Source of the DNA: Podarcis pityusensis
Lineage: Eukaryota
Assembly (NCBI GenBank): GCA_964106645.2
Contig: OZ067039.1
Direction: 5' to 3' (one strand)
Length of the DNA: 64,000 nucleotides
Below, one piece after another: positions 48,623 through 61,622 of this stretch (the stretch's first letter is position 1; each line of letters begins with the position of its first letter). The notes beneath the pieces were generated by a model that was not told where the DNA came from, did no database searches, and worked only from the letters and a program-made list of their open reading frames with translations. Made by a program: the position numbers and the translations under genes.

Positions 48623-49897
48623 ATCATATATGGATATTGGAGTTTGTGGATTAATGGCATTTTTGGCCATATATAGAGGATTTCGCCTTGTGGGGCACTG
48701 CTTTGTTTTTCTGTGGGGAAGGCACTTGCAAAGCAGACCCCTGCAGCACAGCTGCTTCTTTCTATCTGTGTCCCAAGCTTCCTTCCCATGAAATGCCTGC
48801 CTCACTTTTACACCTAAATCCCTGCCCCTCCTGATCACCGTGGATCTCTTTGGGTGGTTAGACCCAACCCTGGGACATGTGGGGATTTCTCAACCCTGAA
48901 TCGGCCTGATTTGGTTTGGGATTCAGCATTCAGTTGAAACTGGTGTGTATCCCTGGGTTTATAACTTTTATTGTTGCATGTTATTGGGTACTGCATTTCA
49001 TAGGATTGTAAAATACAATGGAGTCTTGATACATAAAGAGCAGCATACCAATAAAACTAATAAATAAATGCATGTTGCAGCATCCTTCTCATTCTGCAAT
49101 CTCCTACAGATGAGAGCAGCTAATTTATGAATGCTTTCAGAGCCCTCAGACCTCATCTTTCTTTTAGAAAGGTATTGGTGAGCACTGGCTCCAACTAGAG
49201 GCGTGTTGAGACTCGTCTCATTACTGAGTTATTCCCGGGTTACTGGGCAAAATTCCTTCTCTTTTCCTTTTGTTCCTGGAAGAAGCCTACCTCCATGGCT
49301 CATCTCTGGTTTTAACCCAGAAAGGGTTTCTCTGTGGCTTAACTTCTGCATCTCCTGCACTAAGGCAATGCTTTACTTCCTTCTTTCCAAATATACACCT
49401 TGCTCCTCTGGCTGCTTCCTACACCCCAACTTCTCTCTCTTAATAGTATGCCAAGGAGGAAAAACATCTCTCACACACTTGGGGGCCTCTGTGGAAACAA
49501 GGTTCAGCTGACTCAAGCTTTCAACAAATTCCAGCTGCAGCCAGCCTCTGACACATGTATTTAGGAGTGCAACCTTGGTTAAGGTAGTATTTGAAAGTGT
49601 GCAGGAGTGGCACTGAATGACCATTTAATAAGTAGTAATGCACCACAGTATGCATGTAGCCAATCCTTTCATAAGCCTTTTGTCTGTATCTCATGTCATG
49701 TAACAGTTTGCGAGTAGGAAACTCACCAACCAAATATATGTATCTTCTCCTACCTTCATTTTTGACATTTTTCCTTAACAATTTCCTGCATCTTCCATTA
49801 GCTCTGCATTTCTGCCAGGCCAGTCAAAGTGTCTGCTTTCTCTAAGGCTGCCAGTCAAATCTAAGTGCTGTGGATGCTGTTCAACTGCAGAGTTGGC

Positions 49898-50163
49898 AAA
49901 GTTCCCTCACTGCGAGACGTGAGGTTACAGGCAGAGGCCTTCTCGGTAGTGGCGCCCACCCTGTGGAATGCCTTCCCATCAGATGTCAAGGAAATAAGCA
50001 ACTATCTGATTTTTAGAAGACATCTGAAGGCAGCCCTGTTTAGGGGAGTTTTTAATGTTTCATGTTTTATTGTGTTTTTAATATCCTGTTGGGAGCCCCT
50101 CACAGTGGCTGGGGAGGCTCGGTCAGATGGGCGGGGTATAAGTAAGAAATTATTATTATTATT
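49898..50163 (+). mobile_element. L2-clade LINE 3' end
   Basis: Encodes AFSVVAPTLWNAFPSDVKE...FRRHLKAALF, followed by a 3' UTR and (ATT)n tail. Confidence 0.85.
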
Positions 50164-50342
50164 GCATCTTTGGACTCAGGGAAGTCTTTTAGTGCAAATA
50201 CATACTTTACTTTACCAATTATGCACTACACCATAATGAATATTATTATTATTTATTCATCTTAATAAAGCATGGGCCATGTTTATCTGACATCTGTTGT
50301 CAACATTCAAACAATTATTTAAATTAAGAAGGAATGCAAGTA

Positions 50343-50555
50343 CAGTAGTATCTCAGGTTAAGAACTTAATTCGTTCTGGAGGTCTGTTCTTAACCTGAAA
50401 CTGTTCTTAACCTGAAGCACCACTTTAGCTAATGGGGCCTCCTGCTGCCGTTCTCATTTCTGTTCTCATCCTGAAGCAAAGTTCTTAACCCGAGGTAATA
50501 TTTCTGGGTTAGCGGAGTCTGTAACCTGAAGCGTCTGTAACCTGAGGTACCACTG
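50343..50555. mobile_element. Tigger/pogo-like MITE
   Basis: TIRs CAGTAGTATCTCAGGTTA and TAACCTGAGGTACCACTG, TA TSD, internal TAACCTGAA repeats. Confidence 0.88.
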
Positions 50556-51790
50556 TAGTGATTACTTTTTTTATAATAAAAATGGCTTCCAGGTTGTACA
50601 GTGCAATTACACTGTGGTGCCTATAATGATATCACAAATAATTATCAAAGTATTGCAGAAATAACAAGCACTCCAACAGTTTTAACTCTTCAGCTATCAA
50701 ATAAATTACAGCCTTTTGAGGAAAATCTTTTTATTCATTTCTATTTCAGCAGTGCATAAACATGTTGAAGTTCAAAGGTAGGAATTAAAATATCTGTAAT
50801 CTCAAATATAGTTCTAGCAAATGTTGTTATAAACTACACATTTAAAAGTATAATAAATTAGCCATTCACAACTTGGCAAGACTCGACAAGTGGTGAAAAT
50901 TTATCAGCTGAAATATAGGGAAAAAATGACTTAATGTTAACAAAGTAATTAAAAATGTAAAATGGTGCATTTGAATGCCAAAGAAAATGACGATTTGAAA
51001 ATATAATGAATGTAAAAATAAATGCTTTTCTTTGACAGGGTTAGAAAAATACATCAGCATAGAAGGTTGGTGGTAGTTCAGCTACAAAAGCTCATGTTTA
51101 ATTTGAAAGCTGCTTAATATTTGAGATGAATAGCTGAGGTTCAAAATACTCTTATAAAGAATGCTGATTATGAGAGAATGTTGTAAAAATTGGTGGTCTT
51201 TAAATAGCTTGTGCATTATATTAAGATTCTTTTCCCTAGCTTGCTTTTGTCTGCCGTTTTAAAAAGAGAGATCTAGTAATTAAAAAATTAAGGATATCCA
51301 ACTCCCACACATTAATTTGTCAAGATTCTACTTAGCCATGGTAAGTTAAATAGAAAATTATCTCAAATTGTGGGTGATTTGCTAACCATTAAGGGTCTAG
51401 AATGAGCAAATTTTCCCATAGGCAACTGGCGATATTTTATTGAGCAGTAAGTACAGAATAAGGCGGCTGGGAAATCCATTAAAAGAACATGCAGCTTTTT
51501 TAAAAAGGGGAATTGTTAATGGAGGAATATATGCTGCTTATTAATTTGTACATGCTACAAGGTTATGCCTTTACCCAATACAGATGAGGGTCCAATTCAA
51601 GCATTCTTTGTTTATATAGCATAACATCTGATTATTTCATTGTAGTCCCTGACAAGTTTTGAACGTCAGCCCAATCCAGCACCCTAGCTCGTCAAGAGCA
51701 TTCAAGGCTCTATGCAGATGTGGATGCACATCTGGATAGGCATCCCTACCAATATTTTCATCCATGGATGGATGTACAGCCACATCTGGG

Positions 51791-52041
51791 CAGGGGCGTA
51801 CGAAGTGGCGGGTGGAGGGGGCGGGCCGCCCCGGGTGCCACTCTGGGGTGTGTGTGACAAGATGGCCCCTGCCTCCCACCAGCTGTGGAGCGGCTGAGGG
51901 GGCGCGCAGTCCATACGGGCATCTGTATGGGCTGCCTCTCGCACGGCGACTGCACAGGCTGCCACGCATGCACACTCCGTACGGACTGCCCCGCCCCTCG
52001 GCATCCCGCCCCGGGTGCCGGAGAGGCTTCCTCCGCCATTG
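51791..52041. mobile_element. GC-rich hAT MITE
   Basis: Imperfect TIRs CAGGGGCGTACGAAG and CTTCCTCCGCCATTG. Perfect 8-bp TSD CATCTGGG at 51783-51790 and 52042-52049. Confidence 0.9.
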
Positions 52042-52443
52042 CATCTGGGTGCACCAGCTGTTAACACTGCCTCATTGTCAGCTGTAGCAGGGTCCCTCCG
52101 GACTCAGGTCATAGGAAGGACCAGAGCATGGGAACAAGGGCTTGACAATTCTCAGGGTAGCCAACATTACGGAACTCTGCTGGGGCTACTAAGTATCAGT
52201 AGTAGGGGAACTGGCCATGCAAACAGATTTGAGGAGCCGTTTTTCTTAAGCAGAGTGGGCCAACTTGGTAGTTCCACTGTCTGCAGATGTTTGCAGGGTG
52301 GCGGCTCTCCTGGCAGCTCAGGAGAGGGCATTCTCTGTGATAGTCCCTAAGTTGTGAAATTCCTACGTCTGGCACCTTCATGATGTAGTTTCCATTGTAT
52401 GCTGAATTTGCACCTCTTTACCCTGGACTTTGACATCTGAGAT

Positions 52444-52445
<2 letters not shown>

Positions 52446-52474
<29 letters not shown>
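52446..52474. repeat. (CA)n microsatellite
   Basis: Read directly. Confidence 0.95.
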
Positions 52475-52476
<2 letters not shown>

Positions 52477-53309
52477 TCATGTGACTGACATTTTAAAATA
52501 TTTTTAATATTGTATTTTTATATTGCTGTAATCTGCCCTGGGACCTTGTGGCAAAGGGTAGGCAAGAAATCAAAATAATGATAATGGTGATAAATGGTCT
52601 TTTAGCAAAATGGGCCTATTTTTTTTAACCAGCTCAGGCTGTTTTGCCTTTCCACACGGGGCATCACTATATAGAAATGATTGCTTTCTGTTACTAACAT
52701 CTGTGGTGCAGAGTTATTGACAACTGCAGAAAAAAGAAAGTAACCTTTCCATCCCCCAAAGCAATAAATCATCCCCGATTATGTGCCGCGTCTACCCATA
52801 ACTGGAGTTATTTAACCATTCAATATTCTTTAGCAAACATGACCATCTTTTGCCTTTCCTGTTTATGTTGCTCCCAGTAGTTCAGAACTGGAGTAAATTC
52901 ACTGCAGCAGAAATAGCATAAATAAACTGGCTTTGTCTGGTGATGTGGGGAGGGGGGGAGTGACTAAGTAGGGAAGGAAGAAATATGTTCCTTTTCCAGA
53001 AATATTGATAGTAAAGCTCCTTTGGAATTACACAAGAGCACAGGCCAGTACTTGGAGAGGAATCCACTTTAAAATCTGAAATGTTAGGCCTTAGATGCTG
53101 AACTTCAAATACTGATTTCAATAGATTCAGACACATACTGTGGAAGTGGGAGGCGATGTATGTACGTGAATTCTTGTGTTAATTTTCCAATGTATCATTG
53201 TTGTAAACTGCTCTGGGTACTTATTGGTAGAATACAACAACAACAACAGCACTGATGGTGATTAGCTGGGGCAGGGTACTTCTGGCCTGAGATTCAAGTG
53301 CCTTCCATC

Positions 53310-53710
53310 AACTTTGGCTGGTGGCCCAGCTGTATTTCTGTCTGGACAGAGACAGCCTGACCAATGTTGTCTACACCCTGGTAACCTCTAGACTAGAGTA
53401 CTGCACTGTGTTATACATGGGGCTGCCTTTGAAGATAATTCAGAAACTACAGCTGGTGCAGAATTTGACAACCAGGTTGCTAACTGGTGCAAGACTGAGC
53501 CTATAAAACCAATTCTGGCATCATCATCTGAGGTCCTTCTCAGTATGTCCCTTATGAGGAAGATGTGGAGAGTGTCAACATGAAAATGGGCCTTCTCCAT
53601 GGTGGCCCCCAGCTTAAGGAGCACTCTCCCCAGGGAGGCATGCCAGGTGCCATTATGACTTATCTTTAGACAAAAAATATTTCTTTTCTGCCAGGCCTTT
53701 GGCTGTTAAT
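53310..53710 (+). mobile_element. Older, internally deleted L2 fragment
   Basis: LVTSRLEYCTVLYMGLPLKIIQKLQLVQN is a typical L2 ORF2 motif, followed by AFSMVAP-type sequence. Confidence 0.8.
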
Positions 53711-54084
53711 TATCTGTGGCCTGCTTCAGTGAGTAGGCTGTTTTAGTCCTGCTTTTAAAATTATGAATGAGTTTTAAATTCTATTCTGTATTAGCTTTTA
53801 TGCTGGTTTAAATGTATGTGTTATTTTGAGTTTGTAAGTCACTTTGAGTTGCTTATTGTAAAACAGGTATGCAATTAATAAATTTATTTATTAATGATTT
53901 ATTGGGAGTAATTGTCACAGAAAGCAATAGAACAAATTATTCATGACCAATCCAAGAACAGATTGTTCTATGATTCACGTCCACCCACTTTTGCCATTTG
54001 GGCAGAAGCCCAGTTGGGACAGGGGTATGGAACCTATAGCACAGGGGTTGCTAACCTTTTTGAATCAGTAGAAACATTTTTGAA

Positions 54085-54168
54085 TGTTTGATGTATTTTA
54101 ATATTCTTTTGGAAGCCGCCCAGAGTGGCTGGGGAAGGCCAGTCAGATGGGTGGGGTATAAATAATAA

Positions 54169-54208
<40 letters not shown>
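54085..54208 (+). mobile_element. L2 3' end with (ATT)n tail, inserted in an older hAT-like MITE
   Basis: Same L2 3' UTR. The flanks CAGGGGTTGCTAACC (about 54043) and CAGTCACAAAATGGCTGCC match the MITE at 56790-56907. Confidence 0.8.
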
Positions 54209-54210
<2 letters not shown>

Positions 54211-55007
54211 TTTAAGAGAGTGTTGGGATACCAGTCACAAAATGGCTGCCATGAGAAGTGTGCCATAACACAAAAGTGCAGCGATATCAATCCCCAACGA
54301 GATTATGGTTACCATGCGAAGTCCTAACTGTGCAGATCACACAATATTGATTTTACACACACTGATGCTGTCTGATAGCAACAAAGAGCATTTCTCAGTA
54401 CCTCAGCATCTATCTGTGGAGGCTTCCCATGTGTTAGAACCCTGCTTTAATGCACAGGGGGCATCTATGTATAGTAAAGGCTCCTTGCTTCATTTGGCTA
54501 AACTGGCAATGGTGGTGTTGGGAGGTAGCTAGTGCGCTCTGATAATATAAGTGGATCCACAGCTGAACTCAGATCTTTCCACCAAATATTCTTCAGGGGG
54601 AGCTCAAAGATACAAATTCTCTGAAAAGTGAGAAGACAATTATTTTCTGAGAAAGTTATGGCCCTGTTGTGCCCCACTACCTTCTGCACTCTACTCCTCA
54701 CCCAAAATATGCTCTGTGATGTTGGAAACCCATTGGGAATGGTATGTGGTAGGTTATAGAAAGCTGTGGATTTGGTGGAAATGACCTTTTCCTTAATGTG
54801 AACAGTAGAGCAATTTGAGGTCCAGGCTAATGTTTTCCATAGGACTCGTTTGCAAATAACATTAGCTGGTTTGGAGCCAGTGTGTGTGTTCCTATGCAGT
54901 AAAATGTAAGGTAGTAGTTTCCTCCACTTGATGTATAACATATTTTGTTATTTTTAAATTAGTAAAAAAAACAACTTTACATTTGCCCTTGAATTTAATC
55001 TGAGCTT

Positions 55008-55035
55008 GCTCTCTCTCTCTCTCTCTCTCTCTCTC
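55008..55035. repeat. (CT)n microsatellite
   Basis: Read directly. Confidence 0.95.
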
Positions 55036-56789
55036 CCCCTACCTCCTTCTCTTTTTATGGTAGCTAAATGCATCCATTAACTTTTGAAAGAAAGCAATTT
55101 CAACAGTTCAGTATCGAGGGATTTTTTTAAAAAAACAACAACACACAAATTCCACTTCTTTAATAAATTATACAATCTATAGAAAGGATGCCATATTTGC
55201 TTATATAGTACTACCTGATGTGAATAATCAATGGCAGCACACAACTATGCTTCTTTCACCATTCCCCTAATCAAATTATTTTATGTCTGAGCCCTTTCCA
55301 TAATTTAGTCATTAATGCCTAAAACCCACCGTGTATAAAATTGCCCTATTAAGAAGGAGTAGTTTAAATTGCCTTTTAAAGTGTATTTCTTCCGTCTTGT
55401 TTGCAAAATTAATTCTTAGAAAAATAGGAGTAAGGGATGTGAAATGATTATTTGGGCATATGAGTTGGAATCAATTCATTGCTTCAGTTGGTTTTTTGTT
55501 TTTTTAAATTCCTCTTGTTGTAAAGCTTCCAAACACCAAAAGCTTCTGCAACTGCTCCCCACCCCCAGTGAAAGTTCTATTTTACCTCAAAAGTGATGGT
55601 CGTTTGCAGTGATTTGTGCCTATTTAATAGAGCTTGGCATTTTGTACTTCCCTCTTGAACAAAGTGTTAAATCTTCTCCTCTGAGCGTGGCAATCTTTTG
55701 TAGGCATGAAGGTCATTAATTTTAATTAAATGGAACTTTTTTCTTACACTTGCTAGAAAATGAGGATTAGTCTCAACAAGTTTCATTAAATAAACAGAGC
55801 AAATTAACATTTATAATACATCTCCAAAGCGATCTGAAATGGTCTCATCAAAAGCCCATTAGCTGGATGGTGGAGAGCTGCCTGCATGGGATACCATAAA
55901 ATATATTCCAGTGAAAAGGACAGAAAGCTCTTGGGTGTGAAATAAATTGCGATGGTCGATCTACAGTTACCCTTCTCTTATCAGCTGAGATTTGGAGTTT
56001 AACAGCAAGAACTTTAGAAACAAGGGGTCGGTTCAACAAACTCCTCAACCTGACAGGTCAAATGCCTGCCTAAGCAGTAATATCTTAACTAGGCAGTGGG
56101 AAATGCCAATATAATGCTGTAGGGATTGACAAATCAGTCAGTTTCTCTTAGTTGTTCATTCTTCCAATCTTAAGTCCTCCTGAAAATCCACCAGCATTTT
56201 AGGGTAGAATCTCCCCCAGTGTATACTTTTCTGTATGCAATTTTGCTAATATGCAGATTTTTGAAAAAGCAATTTCCCCATATAGAATGCATTTTTTGCA
56301 TGTAGTTTTTATGAATATATTCATTGTTATGCATACTTTACCCCAGTATATGTGTTTCTGTGGGCTGAAGAACTGCACTGCAAAATTCGGATGAGTGCAA
56401 ATTCCAAAGGATGGCTCTGTTTTGGTTCACATATTGTTTCAAAAAGTGCAGATTAGATAGATTCACTTTTAAATATGAACTGAATTTTATTCCCTCCACA
56501 TTTCTAATCCGAAGAAGACACATGATACTCCCTATATATGCATGCAGAATACATGGAATTTCCACTCCTTAAGTGTTATCTGTGTGATAAATTAGGCTTG
56601 TGTGATATTTTATTTCCATTTATAGACACTATTATCTGAATATCTCAAAATGGTTTACAATAGATAAAAAGACATAAATATCCAATAAGTACAAGAGAGG
56701 GGGGGGAGAGGGAGAGAGAGATTGTGTGTGGTCTCCATAATCAGGACTAGCAGGATATGGCTGACTTCTCATGGTAAGCAAAAGTTTGT

Positions 56790-56907
56790 TGGTCTAATTC
56801 TGTGTTATGCCACACTCCCCATGGCAGCCATTTTGTGACTGATACCCCCAGCACTCTCTCAAAATTCAATATGTGCCCACTAGTCCAGAAAGATTGGCCA
56901 CCACTGC
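56790..56907. mobile_element. Old hAT-like MITE arm
   Basis: ATGGCAGCCATTTTGTGACTG also occurs at about 41978 and, inverted, at about 54232. Confidence 0.6.
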
Positions 56908-57500
56908 CATAGACAAACACCTTATCAGTATAAATAAAGTGAGGGAACATTGCAAGGCATTATAATGTCAAATTTCAACGAACGTAACAGATTCTTCATA
57001 CAACTACTCACCCAGTTTCATTGACCATCCATTCCACACAACCACTATAATAATTTGCTACCTCTAACATCTCTATCAACATGTTCAACAAGATTAAAAC
57101 CCACATACAAAGGATTGCAGCTAAGCATATATGACTAAAATACTCTCCCCATCGCTGAAGGACTAATGGGTTCATTCCCCACACTCACTGGGCTATCTAA
57201 TACTCCTCTCCCTTCTTTCACCTGAGAGTGGAGTGTTTGTGTAAATCTGCGTCCACCCATCAACTCCCAACTACGTAATCGTAACATGCATAATGTGTCA
57301 TTGTGCCTTTGAATTTTTTTAATTGAATTTCTTTTGTTGCCATAGCAGTCTTTCAACAAGTGCAAATTCATCAGTCTCATTTCATTTAAAATATTAAGGC
57401 CATTTGTATTCTGCTGCTAAAATTTTTATGAAAGGATAGGTAATGGGGTTCACAAAGGATGGGCAGAAAGGCAGTTGCAGCAAATAGTTCCTCCTAATTT

Positions 57501-57503
<3 letters not shown>

Positions 57504-57546
<43 letters not shown>
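57504..57546. repeat. (TC)n microsatellite
   Basis: Read directly. Confidence 0.95.
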
Positions 57547-57548
<2 letters not shown>

Positions 57549-58439
57549 TTTGGTCGATTGCATTTGCATTCTGTAATGCTCTCCCACTCTAAGTGCTTGT
57601 CTAATTTGTTTTTGGAGCCTATTCCTTGTTGCAGTTTCTTTTATTGCCTTATTGCCATGCTTAATTACCCTCTGTATAAATGCTGAGAATGCCTAACACC
57701 ATCTTGGCAATGTCAAGTGAACATCAGCATCTGAAAGGTCACTATGGAGAAGTATATAATATGCAGTATTCGCTAAAGGAGTGCAAATATGCCCTGAAAT
57801 GAAAACTTTGCACAGGTTGTCCAACCTGGGGTCAAAAAGGCTTAAGATGATCGACTCCATGGAGCTTAAGTATCCTCACAGTTCTGTTGGATCATACGCA
57901 ATTTTTTTAAAAAACAACAACAACACACCAATGCACTCACTTTTCATATTGAATGTAGATTCTTCGGGGGGGGACGGGACAGGAAGCATACCTAAAAGAT
58001 TTATAGGACAGCCTTTGGAGGATTGTACATGTGGATAGGAAGCTAGAATTCTCCTGCAGTCAATTAGAAGTTGCTTCAAACAATCACTCCGTTATTATTT
58101 AAACTTTGCCAAAAAAAGTCTTACTTTTTTTTCTCAACCGCTCTGCCAATTATAGAGAAAAGAAATTGTGGGATGGAAAGTTTTTTGTGAAATTCTCGCC
58201 ACAGTGATTTGTTGTTCTTACCTTAGTTTTGAAGTGATCAAAGGGAGTTTGTGAATGTTCTTTCATTCGTTCTACAAATAATTTTGTATTTCTGAAAATA
58301 CAGTTTCTGAAAATGCCATGATGTCCTTGGCTGGGCTTTTCTGCCAGCATGGGAGGCAGAGACGCTGCCTAATGTGCCCTGGCATTTTTTCCCTCAGTGT
58401 CCATCTATCCCTACTTTACTCAAACTTCTGCCACTGTTT

Positions 58440-58677
58440 GAAGAAGAGTTTGGATTTGATATCCCGCTTTATCACTACCCAAAGGAGTCTCAAAGTGGCT
58501 AACATTCTCCTTTCCCTTCCTCCCCCACAACAAACACTCTGTGAGGTGAGTGAGGCTGAGAGACTTCAAAGAGGTGTGACTGGCCCAAGGTCACCCAGCA
58601 GCTGCATGTGGAGGAGCAGAGACGCGAACCCGATTCCCCAGATTACGAATCTACCACTCTTAACCACTACACCACAC
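58440..58677 (-). mobile_element. tRNA-derived SINE, Squam3-like
   Basis: Close homolog of 44985-45231. Confidence 0.85.
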
Positions 58678-61319
58678 AGCCACCACTTTATTCCTCTTCA
58701 CACAGAGAAAGGCCTTCCCTCCCTGCAAGCTTTCCCTTACCATCACCACCCCAGGTCATTTACTCTAGAAATGAGTTCTCTACTTTCCTCCCCTTACTCT
58801 GCCCCCACCTTTAGAACCTTAGGAAAGAGCCAATGAAAGCAGAGCGATGGTGAGCTAGTGCAAGCATAGCAAAGAGCATTCATTAAGAGAAGAGGATGAG
58901 TTCCAAAATATAGAGAAACTCAGGTGCTGAAGGTCAGGGTAAAGAAGTGCATTCATGGCATGTGGCAAAAATTACATAATGAAGGTGCCACTCGGGGGGG
59001 GGGAGGGATTTCACAGGTTGGTATTGTTTTCTGAAAACATGACCTGCATTGTGTTGCACACTCTCAGAACACATGAAATATATGTGTATATTGGCAACTA
59101 CCAAGACCTCATAATTACAGACATTCCACCACACATGAAATACATTTCATGACAGGCCCTCTTTCATTGAATGCCCACAGTGCAAAGTCAGAATTAAGGG
59201 CAACCAGGACACCTTCATTTCCCACTGGACGTAATTCCACACAAGTTAATTGTGATGAAGCCCCATTGAAAGTAATGGAATGGGCCATTAGTCGCAAGTA
59301 GCTTAGTTCTCTTGGATTTTCAGTGAGACAAATTTGCAATTCACTGTGGCCGGATTATGCCGAGCATCACCATAAGGAAAGCAACACATTGATCACATTC
59401 CAAACCTGGATTACAGCCTCTAAATTTAAAACCAAAAGCACTTAGTGTTCTAAAACTATGCACGTAGATAGGGGATTCATTCAAGTTTCTCTTCCTAGGG
59501 ATGAATATATATTAGTTGTCAAACATGCACTTATTTCAATTTTCTAGAGAATAACTTGTTTAAATATTTCTGTTCTCATTGCCTTCTGATTTAACTTTGA
59601 TTCATTTGATTAGCAGCTAACAGCCCTACTGGTGCATGCATGATAAGGAGGAAGAGGCTATTGTTTTACATGTAAAAAACAAACCAGACACCCTCCTGGT
59701 GCTACAAGGATCTTGTTCAGCATATTAATCTCACTGGTCATGTTTAAAGAAGCTGTAGCAGCAGTTCTACAAATCCCAAAACTTAAAAGCAGGCATTCAG
59801 ATGCCAAACATTACTTGTTCTGCTTTGTAGCATTTCTAGTCTGATCAATTATGACACAGTTTAATGTTGTTCTGCATCACAATGCAGTTATTTTTTCTTT
59901 GCTGAGAGCAGATTCCTGCAACCTGAGATTATCACTACAACCCCTTTCCTTCTCCCACACTCAGAATTACCCTATAGTTTATTCCTGGAAGGGGTTTGTG
60001 TGAGAGAGAGACAATCTGTCAACAAGTAGAGGGGTACATGTGGAGAGAGAAATAAATCTGTCAGAATCTTAGCCAGGAGGGACATCAGAATAAAGCAAAT
60101 ATCTATGTTATCTGTGTTCTACCCTCTCCTGTGGGATAGTTTCTGAATCATTGAACTGGCTAGCAGAGGAAGACATATAGATGCTGTAGCTTAATATTTC
60201 TCTCTTGGAAGGACATTTTCTAACTGGTATCATTTGTCTTGGTGATACCTTGAACGATCTATAGCTTCCCAACCTTATTGCCTCCTCATACTGATGTAAT
60301 TTGCTCTTGAATTCCTTATTTATGTCTGTTTTATTTATTTCTGTTAAATAATTTGACCCTGTCCTTCATTTACTCAGGCGCATTGTGCATGCAAAACCCT
60401 GATGGAGTGTTGGGCAGGGAGTCAGCCAGTTGCCAATGACTCCAAAAACATCAACTGCTCTGCCTTTTCTTGGTTCTTTTCTGGCACAAATATGCTCCAT
60501 GCCTCCTAGGACCCACAATACCATAAAGATCAGGATAACTCCCTGTTTGTTGAAACTTCATCACTTCAGCTCACATTGCAACAACTGATGCCTCAGTGCA
60601 GCTGCCAAAAGATCATATTCAGATGAGCAGAGGAGGAAGGACAAGAAGGAAACTGGTGAAATCTGGGTGGGAGGGGGAAATAAAAACAAATCCCAGTAAC
60701 TCTCATCACCTGACACTAGGTGGAAAAGTCCAGCAGGACTACATTTGTACTTGTTTGCTCTCCCTGTACTATTGCTAGAAAAACAAAACACAAAAAACCA
60801 GCTCCACAAAGTGCAGCAAAATGCATGAAACCAAAGGACAAACTGCTTACCATAATACTTTCCATATTTTAAACATTTTAAATTCACTCTTTCTCAGAAG
60901 AACTGAGCCTCCACATACAGAAGAACAAATAACACATTTAAAAATAATGATGATAGTACCTTTGGGCAAAATCGACTGGGAAAGCAATTTCCCTTCCTTT
61001 GCAGTTACTTGGTAAGGTGAACTAGGCTCCCAAATCACACTGTGTTTTCTCCCACTGCATATTGTACAACAGAGAATCAGTGACAGTTGTAATTCAGGTG
61101 TACAGTTTTGTTCTCATTAGCTCTTAGGTAGTGATAGGGTTGTAAAGAATGTTGTTTGATTGTCCTTAACTTCACCTTTCCTTTCAAGTCTGTTTGGAGT
61201 GAAGAGTTATGTTTGAGTGGGCACAGATTAATAATATTTTTTTAGAGAGCAATTATGTTTTTAAAGAAGTACAACAGGAGGCATGCAGGTGAGGAGTACT
61301 TTTAGCGGTGTTATGGTAG

Positions 61320-61622
61320 CCATCTTCAAAGATGGGGCAAGCTAGTTTTCTGCTGCTCCAGAGGATAGGATCCAAACCGATGGATTCAAATTACAATAAA
61401 GGAGATTTTGCTTAACCATTGGGAAGAACTGGCTGACAGGAAAATCAGTTTGATAATGGAATGGACTACCTGGGAAGGTGGTGGACTCTCCACTGCAGAT
61501 TTTTAAATAGAGGTTCAATGGCTTATGTTAGGGATTATTTTCGGGGATTCCTGCATTTCAGGGAGTTGGACTAGATTACCCTTGAGATCCCTTTCAACCC
61601 TACAGTTCTGTGATTCTATGTG
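61320..61622 (+). mobile_element. CR1 LINE 3' fragment
   Basis: GGACTAGATTACCCTTGAGATCCCTTTCAACCC followed by the CR1 terminal repeat TTCTGTGATTCTATG. Confidence 0.88.

Noticed and set aside
51715-51788. 18-bp inverted repeat as a miRNA or ncRNA hairpin
   Set aside because: The stem is short with a long loop and adjoins a hAT insertion, so it is more likely a decayed MITE remnant.
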